Assembly (NCBI GenBank): GCA_963798145.1
Contig: CAWCSG010000023.1
Coordinates: 59,686 to 123,685, forward strand
Length of the DNA stretch: 64,000 nt
From: an uncultured Alphaproteobacteria bacterium
GTDB taxonomy: Bacteria > Pseudomonadota > Alphaproteobacteria > Geminicoccales > Geminicoccaceae
Direction: 5' to 3'
Every line of letters begins with the position of its first letter. Position 1 is the first letter of the stretch. The notes under the pieces are model-generated. The model worked only from the letters and a program-made list of their open reading frames with translations. It was not told the DNA's origin and did not search any database. Of this stretch, positions 9,942-19,581 are shown piece after piece. The translations under genes and the position numbers were made by a program.

Positions 9942-11013
9942 GATCGAGCCGCGGCGCACCATCTCCTGGCAGATGCTCTATCTGACGCCGCCGCTGGCCG
10001 TGCTGCTCACGGTGCTGTCCGGCTTCTTCCTGTTCCTGCTGATGGGCTACCCGCCGTTCAAGGCGCTGACGAGCTTCTTCATCTCGCCGCTGACCACGTT
10101 CTACGGTCTCTCCGAGCTGTGCGTGAAGGCGGCACCGCTGATCATGATCGCGGTCGGCCTCGCCATCGGCTTTCGCGCCAACGTGTGGAACATCGGTGCC
10201 GAGGGCCAGCTCACCATGGGTGCGCTCGCCGGTGGAGCGGTCGGGCTTGCAACCTGGGGCCAGGCCGGCGGCTGGATCCTGCCGACCATGCTGGTCGCGG
10301 GCTTCCTGGGCGGCCTCGCCTACGCGGCGATTCCGGCCTTCCTCAAGGCCCGCTTCGACGTCAGCGAGATCCTGACCAGCCTGATGCTGACTTATGTCGC
10401 GACACTGTTCCTCAGTATCATGGTCTACGGCCCGCTCAAGGACCCAGAAGGCTACGGCTTCCCGCAGTCGCGCATGTTCACCGAGGCCGCGATCGTGCCG
10501 ATCATCCTCGAGGGCACTCGCCTGCATCTGGGTGCGCTGCTGGCGATCGCTGTCGCGGTCGGTGCCTGGGTGCTGATGGCCCGTGCCATCATCGGGTTCG
10601 AGATCAAGGTCGTGGGCCAGGCGCCCGCCGCCGCCCGCTTCGCCGGCTTCTCGCGCACCAAGATCATTTGGCTCTGCCTCCTGCTCAGCGGCGGCCTCGC
10701 CGGCCTCGCCGGCACGATCGAGGTCTCCGGCCCGATCGGCCAGATCATCCCCGTGCTGACCCCGGGCTACGGCTTCACCGCGATCATCGTGGCGTTCCTC
10801 GGCCGATTGCACCCGCTGGGCATCATTCCGGCCGGCCTGCTGGTCGCGCTGTCCTATATCGGCGGCGACAATGCCCAGGTCGAGGTCGGCGTGCCGCCCG
10901 GTGCCACCGGCCTGTTCCAGGGTCTGCTGCTGTTCTTCCTGCTCGCCTCGGACTTCCTCGTCCGCTACCGGATCAGCTACGTGCCGTCGCGCCGGGAGGT
11001 CGCTGTCGCATGA
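9931..11013 (+). CDS. Nucleoside/purine ABC transporter permease I
   Basis: WNIGAEGQ and GYGFTAIIVAFLGRLHP motifs; hydrophobic. Confidence 0.9.
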   Translation: MSLKIEPRRTISWQMLYLTPPLAVLLTVLSGFFLFLLMGYPPFKALTSFFISPLTTFYGLSELCVKAAPLIMIAVGLAIGFRANVWNIGAEGQLTMGALAGGAVGLATWGQAGGWILPTMLVAGFLGGLAYAAIPAFLKARFDVSEILTSLMLTYVATLFLSIMVYGPLKDPEGYGFPQSRMFTEAAIVPIILEGTRLHLGALLAIAVAVGAWVLMARAIIGFEIKVVGQAPAAARFAGFSRTKIIWLCLLLSGGLAGLAGTIEVSGPIGQIIPVLTPGYGFTAIIVAFLGRLHPLGIIPAGLLVALSYIGGDNAQVEVGVPPGATGLFQGLLLFFLLASDFLVRYRISYVPSRREVAVA

Positions 11014-11939
11014 GCCTGGATGTCGCCGTCCCGGTCCTGCTCACCATCATCAGCGCCGCAACGCCTCTGCTCCTGGCCGGCATCGGCGAGCTCGTCGTCG
11101 AGCGCTCGGGCGTGCTCAATCTCGGTGTCGAGGGCATGATGCTGGCGGGCGCCGTCACCGCCTTCGCGGTCACCTTCAGCACCGGCAGCTACACGGCCGG
11201 CATCGCCGCCGCTGCCGTGGCCGGCATGCTGCTGGCGCTGATCTTCGGCGTGCTCACCCTCACGCTGGTGAGCAACCAGGTCGCCACCGGCCTGGCTTTG
11301 ACCCTGTTCGGCATCGGCCTTAGCGCCATCGTCGGCGCCGGCTTCGTCGGCTCGCCGATCCAGCCGCTGCCCAAGCTCGCGATCCCCGGCCTCGCGACCC
11401 TGCCGGTGCTCGGGCCGGTGCTGTTCCAGCAGGACGCCCTGGTCTACCTGTCGGTGGCGCTCACCCTCGGCGTCGCCTGGTTCCTCAAGCGCACGCGCGG
11501 CGGCATGATCCTGCGCGCCTGCGGCGGCTCCGACGTCTCGGCGCACTCGATCGGCTACGACGTGATCCGCATCCGCTACTACGCCGTGCTGTTTGGTGGG
11601 GCCTGCGCCGGCCTGGGCGGGGCGTTCCTATCGCTCGCCTACACGCCGATGTGGGCCGAGAACATGACCGCCGGCCGTGGCTGGATCGCGCTGGCGCTGG
11701 TCGTGTTCTCCTCCTGGCGGCCGATGCGCCTCCTGGCCGGCGCCTATCTGTTCGGCGGCGTGTCCATCCTCCAGCTCTACGTCCAGGGCATGGGCGGGAT
11801 CGGCGTGCCGGCGCAGGTGATGTCGATGCTGCCCTACCTCGCCACCATTCTGGTGCTCACCATCATCTCGGCCGGCTCGGTGCGTGGCCGGCTCGATGCG
11901 CCGGCGTGTCTCGGCAAACCGTTCCGCCCCGCGACCTGA
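11010..11939 (+). CDS. Nucleoside/purine ABC transporter permease II
   Basis: ERSGVLNLGVEG, AGRGWIALA, MLPYLAT; ATG at 11010 (the tail of the 606-aa track ORF). Confidence 0.9.
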   Translation: MSLDVAVPVLLTIISAATPLLLAGIGELVVERSGVLNLGVEGMMLAGAVTAFAVTFSTGSYTAGIAAAAVAGMLLALIFGVLTLTLVSNQVATGLALTLFGIGLSAIVGAGFVGSPIQPLPKLAIPGLATLPVLGPVLFQQDALVYLSVALTLGVAWFLKRTRGGMILRACGGSDVSAHSIGYDVIRIRYYAVLFGGACAGLGGAFLSLAYTPMWAENMTAGRGWIALALVVFSSWRPMRLLAGAYLFGGVSILQLYVQGMGGIGVPAQVMSMLPYLATILVLTIISAGSVRGRLDAPACLGKPFRPAT

Positions 11940-11975
11940 ATTCCTACGTTCCGCAAGAAAAGGGAGAACAAGACG

Positions 11976-13058
11976 ATGACTTTGCACCTCAGACGCCGGG
12001 GCTTCGTGCTCGCCGGTGCGGCCACCGGCATCGGCCTCGCCGCCGGCGTCCGGCCGGCCTTCGCCGACGATCCGCTCAAGGTCGGCTTCGTGTTCCTGGG
12101 CCCGACCGGCGACAATGGCTGGACCTACCGGCACGACGTGGCGCGCAAGGAGGTCGAGGCGGCTTTCCCCGGCAAGGTCACCACGACCTATGTCGAGAAC
12201 GTGCCCGAAGGCCCAGACGCCGAGCGCGTCATCCGCCAGCTCGCTTCCTCCGGCCACGGGCTGATCTTCACCACCTCGTTCGGCTTCATGAACCCGACGC
12301 TGAAGGTCGCGAAGCAGTTCCCGAACGTGAAGTTCGAGCACGCCACCGGCTACCAGGTCCTGCCCAACGTCGCGGTCTACAATGCCCGCTTCTACGAGGG
12401 CCGTGCGGTGATCGGCACCATGGCCGGCATGATGAGCAAGTCCGGCACCATCGGCTATATCGGCTCGTTCCCGATCCCCGAGGTGGTGATGGGCATCAAC
12501 GCCTTCACGCTGGCGGCGCAGAAGGTCAATCCGGCGATCAAGACCGTCGTGGTCTGGGTCAATTCCTGGCACGATCCCGGCAAGGAGGCCGATGCCGCGA
12601 AGACCCTGATCGATCAGGGTGCGGACATCATCTCGCAGCACACCGACAGTGCCGCACCCCTGCAGGTGGCCGAGCAGCGCGGCGTGCATGGCTTTGGCCA
12701 GGCCGCGGACCAGAGCGCCTTCGCGCCCAAGGGGCAGCTCACCGCGATCATCGACAATTGGGGTCCTTACTGCATCGCGCGCACCCAGGCCGTGCTCGAC
12801 GGGTCGTGGCAGTCGCAGAACGTCTGGCTGGGCATGAAGGACGGCATGGTCACGCTGGCACCTTACGGACCCGAGGTGCCGCCGGAGGTCGCCGCCGCGG
12901 CGGACACGGTGAAGGCCGAGATCATCGCCGGCACGCGGCATCCTTTCACCGGGCCGATCATGGACCAGTCGGGCACGGAAAAGGTCGGCACGGGCCTGAC
13001 CATTCCGGATGCCGACCTCGCCAAGATGGATTGGTACGTGAAGGGCGTGCAGGCCTGA
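11976..13058 (+). CDS. BMP-family ABC substrate-binding protein (purine/nucleoside), Tat signal peptide
   Basis: RRGFV twin-arginine leader, GPTGDNGWT, TTSFGF, FEHATGY, SQHTDS. Confidence 0.92.
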   Translation: MTLHLRRRGFVLAGAATGIGLAAGVRPAFADDPLKVGFVFLGPTGDNGWTYRHDVARKEVEAAFPGKVTTTYVENVPEGPDAERVIRQLASSGHGLIFTTSFGFMNPTLKVAKQFPNVKFEHATGYQVLPNVAVYNARFYEGRAVIGTMAGMMSKSGTIGYIGSFPIPEVVMGINAFTLAAQKVNPAIKTVVVWVNSWHDPGKEADAAKTLIDQGADIISQHTDSAAPLQVAEQRGVHGFGQAADQSAFAPKGQLTAIIDNWGPYCIARTQAVLDGSWQSQNVWLGMKDGMVTLAPYGPEVPPEVAAAADTVKAEIIAGTRHPFTGPIMDQSGTEKVGTGLTIPDADLAKMDWYVKGVQA

Positions 13059-13064
13059 CGCGAA

Positions 13065-13094
13065 ACGGGCAGGCCTACGAATAGGCCTGCCCGT
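13065..13094. terminator. Perfect 13-bp hairpin between convergent genes (probable bidirectional terminator)
   Basis: ACGGGCAGGCCTA-CGAA-TAGGCCTGCCCGT; no long U tract. Confidence 0.7.
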
Positions 13095-13103
13095 GCCGTC
13101 GCG

Positions 13104-13280
13104 CTACACTGGCGGTGAGCGCCCACGCATGAAGTGCATGACTACGCTGATCACCAGCAGGATCAGAAAGACGAAGAACAAGGTCTGCGCGATGCCGGTC
13201 GAAGCGGTGGCAATGCCGCCGAAGCCGAACAAGCCGGCCACCAGCGCCACGACCAGAAAGACGATTGCCCAATACAGCAT
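13104..13280 (-). CDS. DUF1328 family small membrane protein
   Basis: [45 protein letters not shown] (58 aa), preceded by GGAG. Confidence 0.93.
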   Translation of the reverse strand: MLYWAIVFLVVALVAGLFGFGGIATASTGIAQTLFFVFLILLVISVVMHFMRGRSPPV

Positions 13281-13335
13281 GTTGAGTTCTCCGGAACCTG
13301 GGGACTTGGCCCTCCAAGGCCGCCATGCGGAGGAA

Positions 13336-13361
13336 AACGCACAGCAGGCGGGTGTGGTTCC
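13336..13361 (-). promoter_or_regulatory. EcfG/sigmaT (general stress response) type promoter
   Basis: Minus strand GGAAC-N17-CGTT upstream of DUF1328, matching the alphaproteobacterial EcfG consensus. Confidence 0.7.
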
Positions 13362-13469
13362 CACCGGCCGTATTTTGCTGAGCGCAATTCCCTTCGCATC
13401 GATAGGGGGGCGATCAGCACCCTCAGTAGGTGAGTAGGCGCGGGTCATTAGGGGAGCGGTAAGAAGTCA

Positions 13470-13760
13470 ATGTCGAAGCGGATTGATAAGAGTTGGCTGG
13501 TTTACATAAGTATAGAGAACTTTGAGCACGATAAGTGCGTTGACCTATTTGTACGGCCAGATGGAAGTTATGGCTTCGAGGAGTTTAGGCGCGATGTCGA
13601 GGACCAAGGCGCTTGGACTCCGGTCCAATTCTATTCAGGTTCTGCCTATCTTTCGAAAGAAGCCGCACTTGCAGCGGCAATGCGATCCGTAGCGTGGCTG
13701 CCGGACATGGTGCCGCAATGTCCGACCCCGCAAAAATTGTCTCTGCCAGATACGAACTAA
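13470..13760 (+). CDS. Hypothetical protein, 96 aa, AT-richer than its flanks
   Basis: GGGGAG upstream; globular-looking sequence (CVDLFVRPDGSYGFEEFRRDVED); codon usage differs from neighbours. Confidence 0.65.
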   Translation: MSKRIDKSWLVYISIENFEHDKCVDLFVRPDGSYGFEEFRRDVEDQGAWTPVQFYSGSAYLSKEAALAAAMRSVAWLPDMVPQCPTPQKLSLPDTN

Positions 13761-13947
13761 GTCACCACACCGAGTGGGATTGACCGTTTGCGCCCCGTAC
13801 ACTGATCTGACCGGCTCCGGCCGTCATTCTCGAATTTAGCGACCGAACCCGCTGGCTGCCGCATGCATTTCCGCACGACCGAGTTCAATTCCTGGCTAGA
13901 ACGAAACCGGGCGCCCGGTGCGGCGGGCCGGGGCGGGAGGTGACGGC

Positions 13948-14937
13948 GTGCTGCGCAGTTTTTCGATCGAGGGCGGGGCATTGCGGCCCATGTCCGAACA
14001 TACGGCCCTGGAATGGCCGGCCGGGGCGGTCTGGCTCGATCTGGCTGGGCCGACCGATGAGGAGGAGCGTGCGCTGGAGCAGGCGCTGGGGATCGATATC
14101 CCGACGCGCACCGAGGTCAGCGGCATCCAGACCTCGGACCGGCTGTCGGTGCGCGGTGCGACGCTTTACATGAGTGCCTTCGTGCCGACGGGCCCGCCGA
14201 GCGCGCCGACGATGGTGCCGGTCACCTTCGTTCGCACCGAGGACCGCCTGATCACGGTCCGCTACACGAGCGTCGAATCCCTGGACGATTTCATCGCCCG
14301 CTACAGCGGCGGCGAGGCCGGGCTCGGCGGTGCGGGCGACTTGTTCGCCGCACTTTTGGAGACCATCGTCGATCGGATTGCCGATCGGCTCGAGAAGGTC
14401 GGCGAGGCGCTGGAGAAGCTGAGCCGCGGCATCTTTCACCATCCGGGTGCTGTGGCGCGCCGTGCCGGGCGGCGCCTGCCGCAGCGCAGGCGTACCGACC
14501 GGCTGGAGGCGGTGATCGAGGATATCGGCACCCAGCACGAGATCGCCGGCACCTTGCGCGAATGCCTGCACAGCCTGATCCGGCTCGTCGCCTTCTCCGA
14601 CGAGCATGCCGATGACGGGCTGCGCCGGCGGTTGAAGGCGATCGGCGCCGACCTGCATTCGGTCGCCGAGCACAACGGCTATCTGGCGGCCGACATGGAG
14701 TTCATGCTGGATGCCACCGTCGGCCTGATCGACATCCAGCAGAACAAGGTGATCTACATCCTGTCGATCGTCGGCGTCGTGCTGACCCCGCCGGTGCTGG
14801 TGGCCAGTATCTACGGCATGAACTTCCATCACATGCCCGAGCTCGACTGGCCCTATGGCTATGGCTGGGCGCTGGGCCTGATGCTGGTCTCGGCCATCGG
14901 CCCTTATCTGGTGTTCAAGCTGCGCGGCTGGCTGTGA
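13948..14937 (+). CDS. corA: CorA family Mg2+/Co2+ transporter
   Basis: YGMNF signature, MPELDWPYGY loop, two C-terminal TMs; GTG start after GGAGG. Confidence 0.93.
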   Translation: MLRSFSIEGGALRPMSEHTALEWPAGAVWLDLAGPTDEEERALEQALGIDIPTRTEVSGIQTSDRLSVRGATLYMSAFVPTGPPSAPTMVPVTFVRTEDRLITVRYTSVESLDDFIARYSGGEAGLGGAGDLFAALLETIVDRIADRLEKVGEALEKLSRGIFHHPGAVARRAGRRLPQRRRTDRLEAVIEDIGTQHEIAGTLRECLHSLIRLVAFSDEHADDGLRRRLKAIGADLHSVAEHNGYLAADMEFMLDATVGLIDIQQNKVIYILSIVGVVLTPPVLVASIYGMNFHHMPELDWPYGYGWALGLMLVSAIGPYLVFKLRGWL

Positions 14938-14940
14938 CGC

Positions 14941-15594
14941 TCAGAACTCGGCGTCCAGCTCTTCCAGATCGTCCGGCTCGTCCAGGGCGGCGGCCATCCA
15001 CTCCGCCATCGGTGGCCAGGCCATGATCGTGGCGCAATACGCCGCGCAGACCGGGTCGAGCTTGACGCCGTAGGTCAGGAACCGGGTGCAGACCGGTGCA
15101 TACATCGCATCGGCCATCGACGGCTTGGCGCCGAACAGGAAGGGGCCGCCATAGGCCTCGAGGCACTCGTTCCAGATCGCCGCCACCCGCGCGATGTCCG
15201 GCCGGGCGCCGGCGAAGATGTGGAACTCGGCGTGGCGCGCCTTCAGGTTCATCGGCAGCGCCGCGCGCAGGTTGGAAAAGCCGGAATGGATCTCGCCGCT
15301 GATCGAGCGGCAGTGCGCCCGCGCCACGCGTTCGGCCGGGAGCAGACCGGCTTTCGGCTTGAGCTCGGCCAGGTATTCGCCGATCGCCAGCGTGTCCCAG
15401 ACCCTGGCACCCTGGTGCTCGAGGCAGGGCACCAGGAAGGACGGCGACAGCAGCAGCAGCTCCGCACGGGCGGCCGCGTCGATCGGCAGCACCACCTCGC
15501 TGAACGGGAGTCCGGCGATCCGGCACAGGAGCCAGCCGCGCAGTGACCATGCGGAATAGTTCCGGCTGGAAATGGTCAGGGTCGCGTTCGCCAT
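14941..15594 (-). CDS. Glutathione S-transferase family protein
   Basis: SRNYSAWSLRGWL, SPSFLVPCL, VWDTLAIGEYL, SMADAMYAPV. Confidence 0.9.
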   Translation of the reverse strand: MANATLTISSRNYSAWSLRGWLLCRIAGLPFSEVVLPIDAAARAELLLLSPSFLVPCLEHQGARVWDTLAIGEYLAELKPKAGLLPAERVARAHCRSISGEIHSGFSNLRAALPMNLKARHAEFHIFAGARPDIARVAAIWNECLEAYGGPFLFGAKPSMADAMYAPVCTRFLTYGVKLDPVCAAYCATIMAWPPMAEWMAAALDEPDDLEELDAEF

Positions 15595-15703
15595 GGTCTT
15601 GTTCCCCTCAAACAGCCGTGCTGCACGACAGCAAGCATGTCGCATTGCGGGAGAGATTGCGCTAGCCCTTTACCGGACGACTGTTCCGGACCGATGGCGG
15701 GCC

Positions 15704-16918
15704 ATGCTCTATATCGCATATCACTGCTACACCGACCTGATGGACCCCCTGCGCTCGGCGGCGCGCGGCGCGCAGGCCGCCTACGCGCCGACCCGCGAGA
15801 TGTGGGATGCCAAGTTCGGCCGGCGGGTCAGCGCGGCCTGGGAGCTGATCGCGCGCGCCGGGCTCAGCCACGAACGGCCGTCCTACGGCATCGACCATGT
15901 GATGGTCGGCAATCAGGAGGTCGCCGTCCACGAGGAGGCGGTGCTCGCCACCCCGTTCGGCACGCTGCTGCACTTTCGCAAGGACGTCGACACACCGCAG
16001 CCGCGGATGCTGCTGGTGGCGCCGCTTTCGGGTCATTTCGCCACGCTGCTGCGCAACACGGTCAGCACGCTGCTGACCGACCACGACGTCTACGTCACCG
16101 ACTGGCACAATCTGCGCGACGTGCCGCTGGCCGCCGGTCCGTTCGGCTTCGACCACTATATCGAGCACGTGATCCAGTTCCTGGAGACCCTGGGCCCGGG
16201 CGTCCACGTCATGGCGGTGTGCCAGCCTTGCGTGCAGGTGCTGGCGGCGATCGCGACCATGGCCGTCGACGGCAACCCGGCGCAGCCGCTCAGCATGACC
16301 CTGATGGCCGGGCCGATCGACACCCGGATCAACCCGACCAGGGTCAACGAGCTGGCCACCAGCAAGCCGATCGAATGGTTCCGCAAGAATCTGATCGCGA
16401 CCGTGCCGATGCGCTACAAGGGCGCCGGCCGCAAGGTCTATCCGGGCTTCGTGCAGCTGCTGGCGTTCACGTCGATGAATCTGGAACGTCACAAGAAGGC
16501 GCATCGCGACCTGCACGAGCATCTGGTCAAGGGTGAGGTCGAGCAGGCCGACGCGATCCGCAAGTTCTACGACGAATACCTGGCGGTGCTCGATCTCTCG
16601 GCCGATTTCTACCTCGAGACGGTCCAGTACGTGTTCCAGGATGCGCTGCTGGCCAAGGCCGAACTCGATTTTCGCGGCCGGCGCGTCGACCTCGCGGCGA
16701 TCCGGCGCACCGCGCTGCTCACTGTCGAGGGTGAGCGCGACGACATCTGCTCGCTCGGCCAGACCATCGTCGCGCATGACCTCTGCACCGGTCTGCGCCC
16801 GTACATGAAGCGGCACCATATGCAGGCCGGGGTCGGGCACTACGGCGTGTTCAGCGGCCGCCGCTGGGAGACGCAGATCTACCCGATCGTGCGCAACTTC
16901 GTGCTATCGGCCGAGTGA
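15704..16918 (+). CDS. phaZ: Intracellular polyhydroxyalkanoate depolymerase
   Basis: VAPLSGHFATLLR, AVCQP (catalytic Cys), PIDTR, EGERDDI, GVGHYGVF. Confidence 0.93.
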   Translation: MLYIAYHCYTDLMDPLRSAARGAQAAYAPTREMWDAKFGRRVSAAWELIARAGLSHERPSYGIDHVMVGNQEVAVHEEAVLATPFGTLLHFRKDVDTPQPRMLLVAPLSGHFATLLRNTVSTLLTDHDVYVTDWHNLRDVPLAAGPFGFDHYIEHVIQFLETLGPGVHVMAVCQPCVQVLAAIATMAVDGNPAQPLSMTLMAGPIDTRINPTRVNELATSKPIEWFRKNLIATVPMRYKGAGRKVYPGFVQLLAFTSMNLERHKKAHRDLHEHLVKGEVEQADAIRKFYDEYLAVLDLSADFYLETVQYVFQDALLAKAELDFRGRRVDLAAIRRTALLTVEGERDDICSLGQTIVAHDLCTGLRPYMKRHHMQAGVGHYGVFSGRRWETQIYPIVRNFVLSAE

Positions 16919-16929
16919 GGCGCGGCAGG

Positions 16930-17151
16930 CTAACCGGCGGCCTGAACTTCCTGCCCCGCTCGGACCATGGCCCTAAGCTCAAACAGGGTCTGGCGCGCGC
17001 GCGGCGGATCTAGCCCGTCGCGCCGCCAGATCAGCCCCATCATCGGGTCCTCCATCAGCTCCTCGAGCCGTGGCTCACCGGCGATGCTGAAGCACCAATC
17101 GCCGGCGCCGCCAGCCAATGGCGATCCATCCTCCTGCCGGTTGTCACGCAT
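16930..17151 (-). CDS. Small hypothetical protein
   Basis: GEPRLEELMEDPMMGLIWRRDGL resembles small alphaproteobacterial proteins (from memory); fills the gap after phaZ. Confidence 0.55.
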   Translation of the reverse strand: MRDNRQEDGSPLAGGAGDWCFSIAGEPRLEELMEDPMMGLIWRRDGLDPPRARQTLFELRAMVRAGQEVQAAG

Positions 17152-17334
17152 CAGCCTCTTTCCCTCTGCCCACGCCCATCGACGGCGTCACGACATCCCG
17201 TTGAACCTCAGCGTTGCATAGAATGACCTCGTAAGTAAAGTGCGGAAAGTGGTATGACAACTCCGCACAATATTGCAGTGCGGTATCAGTATCGTGACCA
17301 ATCGATGACTGCGGCTCGGCCGGGGACGCGCCCG

Positions 17335-18243
17335 TCAGGCCGCAACAGCCTTGCCGACCTCCTCGACCATGAAATCCGCGAACGCCTTGACCTTGGCCGG
17401 CAGCAGCTTGCGGTGCGGGTAGACCACCGCGAGCGTGACCGGCTCGGGTGGGAAGTCGGGCAGCACGGCGACCAGCCGCCCGGCGCGCAGATGCGGGGCC
17501 ACCTCGAACACCGGCTTGAGGGCGATGCCCTGACCCAGCAATGCCCATTCGGTGAGCATGTCGCCATCGTCGGCGTCGAGCCGGCCGCCGACCGCGAACG
17601 GCTCGGGACCGTCGGGCGTGCGCAGGGTCCAGCGATATTGCAGCGAGCCTGGGAAGCGCAGCAGCAGGCATTGGTGGTCGAGCAGGTCCTCCGGCCGGGT
17701 GGGGGACCCGTGAGCCGCGAGGTAGTCCGGTGCGGCGCACAGGATGCGCGGGCAGTCCGCGATCTTGCGGGCGATCAGGCTGGAATCGGTGAGCACGGCG
17801 AGCCGGATTGCGACGTCGACGGCCTCGCGGACGAGATCGAGCAGATGGTCCGAAAGGCGCAGCCGCACGGCCAGCTGCGGGTGGCTTGCCTGGAACCGCG
17901 GCAGGAGCGGGGCCAGGATCCGGCGGGCGAAACCCAAGGGTGCGGTGACGCGCAAGTTGCCGTGCGGTGTGCCGCCGGCATCGGCGGCGACGCTCTCCGC
18001 GTGCGCGACCGCCGCCAGCACCTCCTGCGCCGCCTCGTAGAACGCCGCACCCTGCTCGGTCGGCTGGACCTGGCGGGTGGTGCGGTTGAGCAGCCGGACG
18101 CCGAGATGGCCCTCGAGCTGCTGCAGCCGGTGGCTGACCACCGCCGGCGACAGCCGCAAGTGCCTCCCCGCGGCCGACAGGCTGCCGAGCTCGACCACCC
18201 GAACGAACACCTGCATGTTCTCGACCAGCATCCCCATCGTCAC
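17335..18243 (-). CDS. LysR family transcriptional regulator, divergent from puuD-guaD
   Basis: N-terminal HTH (GSLSAAGRHLRLSPAVVSHRLQQLE...LLNRTTR), substrate-binding domain. Confidence 0.95.
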   Translation of the reverse strand: MTMGMLVENMQVFVRVVELGSLSAAGRHLRLSPAVVSHRLQQLEGHLGVRLLNRTTRQVQPTEQGAAFYEAAQEVLAAVAHAESVAADAGGTPHGNLRVTAPLGFARRILAPLLPRFQASHPQLAVRLRLSDHLLDLVREAVDVAIRLAVLTDSSLIARKIADCPRILCAAPDYLAAHGSPTRPEDLLDHQCLLLRFPGSLQYRWTLRTPDGPEPFAVGGRLDADDGDMLTEWALLGQGIALKPVFEVAPHLRAGRLVAVLPDFPPEPVTLAVVYPHRKLLPAKVKAFADFMVEEVGKAVAA

Positions 18244-18376
18244 CCCCCTTTCGGCCCATTGTTTGCTTCTGTTTGAAGATCCTGGGCGGCGGCTCCCGGT
18301 TCACCACTGCCGAGTAGCAGGCTAGCACAGACCGCGGGCATCGCCGCATCTCGCCGGCAGCACGGAAGGAAGCGCC

Positions 18377-19579
18377 ATGGAGCCGATCTTGTGGGAATGG
18401 CTGAACATGGCCGTTCGCTGGCTGCACGTCATCGCCGGCATCGCCTGGATCGGCAGCTCGTTCTACTTCGTCCACCTCGACCTCAGCCTGAAGCAGCGGC
18501 CGGGCCTGCCCGAGGGCGCGGGCGGCGAGGCCTGGCAGGTGCATGGCGGCGGCTTCTACAACATGGTCAAGTATCTGGTGGCGCCGGCGCGCATGCCCGA
18601 AGACCTGACCTGGTTCAAGTGGGAGGCCTACGCGACGTGGCTGTCCGGCATGGGCCTGCTGATCATCGTCTACTATTTCGGCGCGCAGCTTTACCTGATC
18701 GATGCCAGCGTGCTCGACCTGCCGGTCTGGGGGGCGGTGCTGATCAGCGTGGCCGGCCTGGCCCTGGGCTGGGTGGTCTACGACCAGCTCTGCAAGTCCA
18801 AGCTCGGCGACAACGACACGGTGCTGTTCGCGGCCTTGTTCGTATTCCTGGTCGTGCTGGCCTTCGCCTACACCTTCGTGTTCAGCGGCCGCGGCGCCTT
18901 CATGCAGATGGGCGCCCTGGTCGGCACCATCATGGTGGCCAACGTCGCCATGGTGATCATTCCCAAGCAGCGCATCGTGGTGGCCGACCTGATCGCCGGC
19001 CGGCAGCCGGACCCGAAGCTCGGAGCAGTCGCCAAGCAGCGCTCGCTGCACAACAACTATTTGACCCTGCCGGTGATCTTCGTGATGATCGCCAATCATT
19101 ATCCGCTGGCCTTCGCCACCCGCTGGAACTGGCTGATCTTCGGCATCGTACTGGTGATCGGCGCCGTGATCCGTCACTTCTACAATGAGCGCCACAAGGG
19201 TCGGCCGTCGCCGTGGTGGGCCTGGGGCGTGGCCGTGGCCTGCATGGGCGGGATCGTTCTGCTCAGCATGGCAGGGCCCGCCCGGGTCGAGGAAGGCGCC
19301 GCGCCGCCGGCCGAGCCCGTCACCTTCGCCCAGGCCGAGGAAGTGGTGCTCGGGCGCTGCAGCATGTGCCACACGGCGGAGCCGATGTGGGAGGGGGTCA
19401 CGGTAGCACCCAAGGGGGTGATGCTCGACACGCCGGAGCGCATCCTGCTGCACGCGCACGAGATCGCGCTGCAGGCGGTACACACCCACGCGATGCCACC
19501 CGGCAACATCACCGAGATCACCCCGGAGGAGCGCCAGGTCCTCGCCGGGTGGATCGCCGACGGCGCCAAGGCGGAATAG
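18377..19579 (+). CDS. puuD: Membrane-bound urate oxidase with C-terminal cytochrome c
   Basis: RWLHVIAGIAWIGSSFYF, WQVHGGGFY, WFKWEAY, RSLHNNYLTLP; heme motif CSMCH. Confidence 0.93.
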   Translation: MEPILWEWLNMAVRWLHVIAGIAWIGSSFYFVHLDLSLKQRPGLPEGAGGEAWQVHGGGFYNMVKYLVAPARMPEDLTWFKWEAYATWLSGMGLLIIVYYFGAQLYLIDASVLDLPVWGAVLISVAGLALGWVVYDQLCKSKLGDNDTVLFAALFVFLVVLAFAYTFVFSGRGAFMQMGALVGTIMVANVAMVIIPKQRIVVADLIAGRQPDPKLGAVAKQRSLHNNYLTLPVIFVMIANHYPLAFATRWNWLIFGIVLVIGAVIRHFYNERHKGRPSPWWAWGVAVACMGGIVLLSMAGPARVEEGAAPPAEPVTFAQAEEVVLGRCSMCHTAEPMWEGVTVAPKGVMLDTPERILLHAHEIALQAVHTHAMPPGNITEITPEERQVLAGWIADGAKAE

Positions 19580-19581
19580 TC

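Noticed and set aside
18377-19579. Cytochrome-c-fused membrane protein as a novel urate oxidase
   Set aside because: It matches the already described PuuD family.
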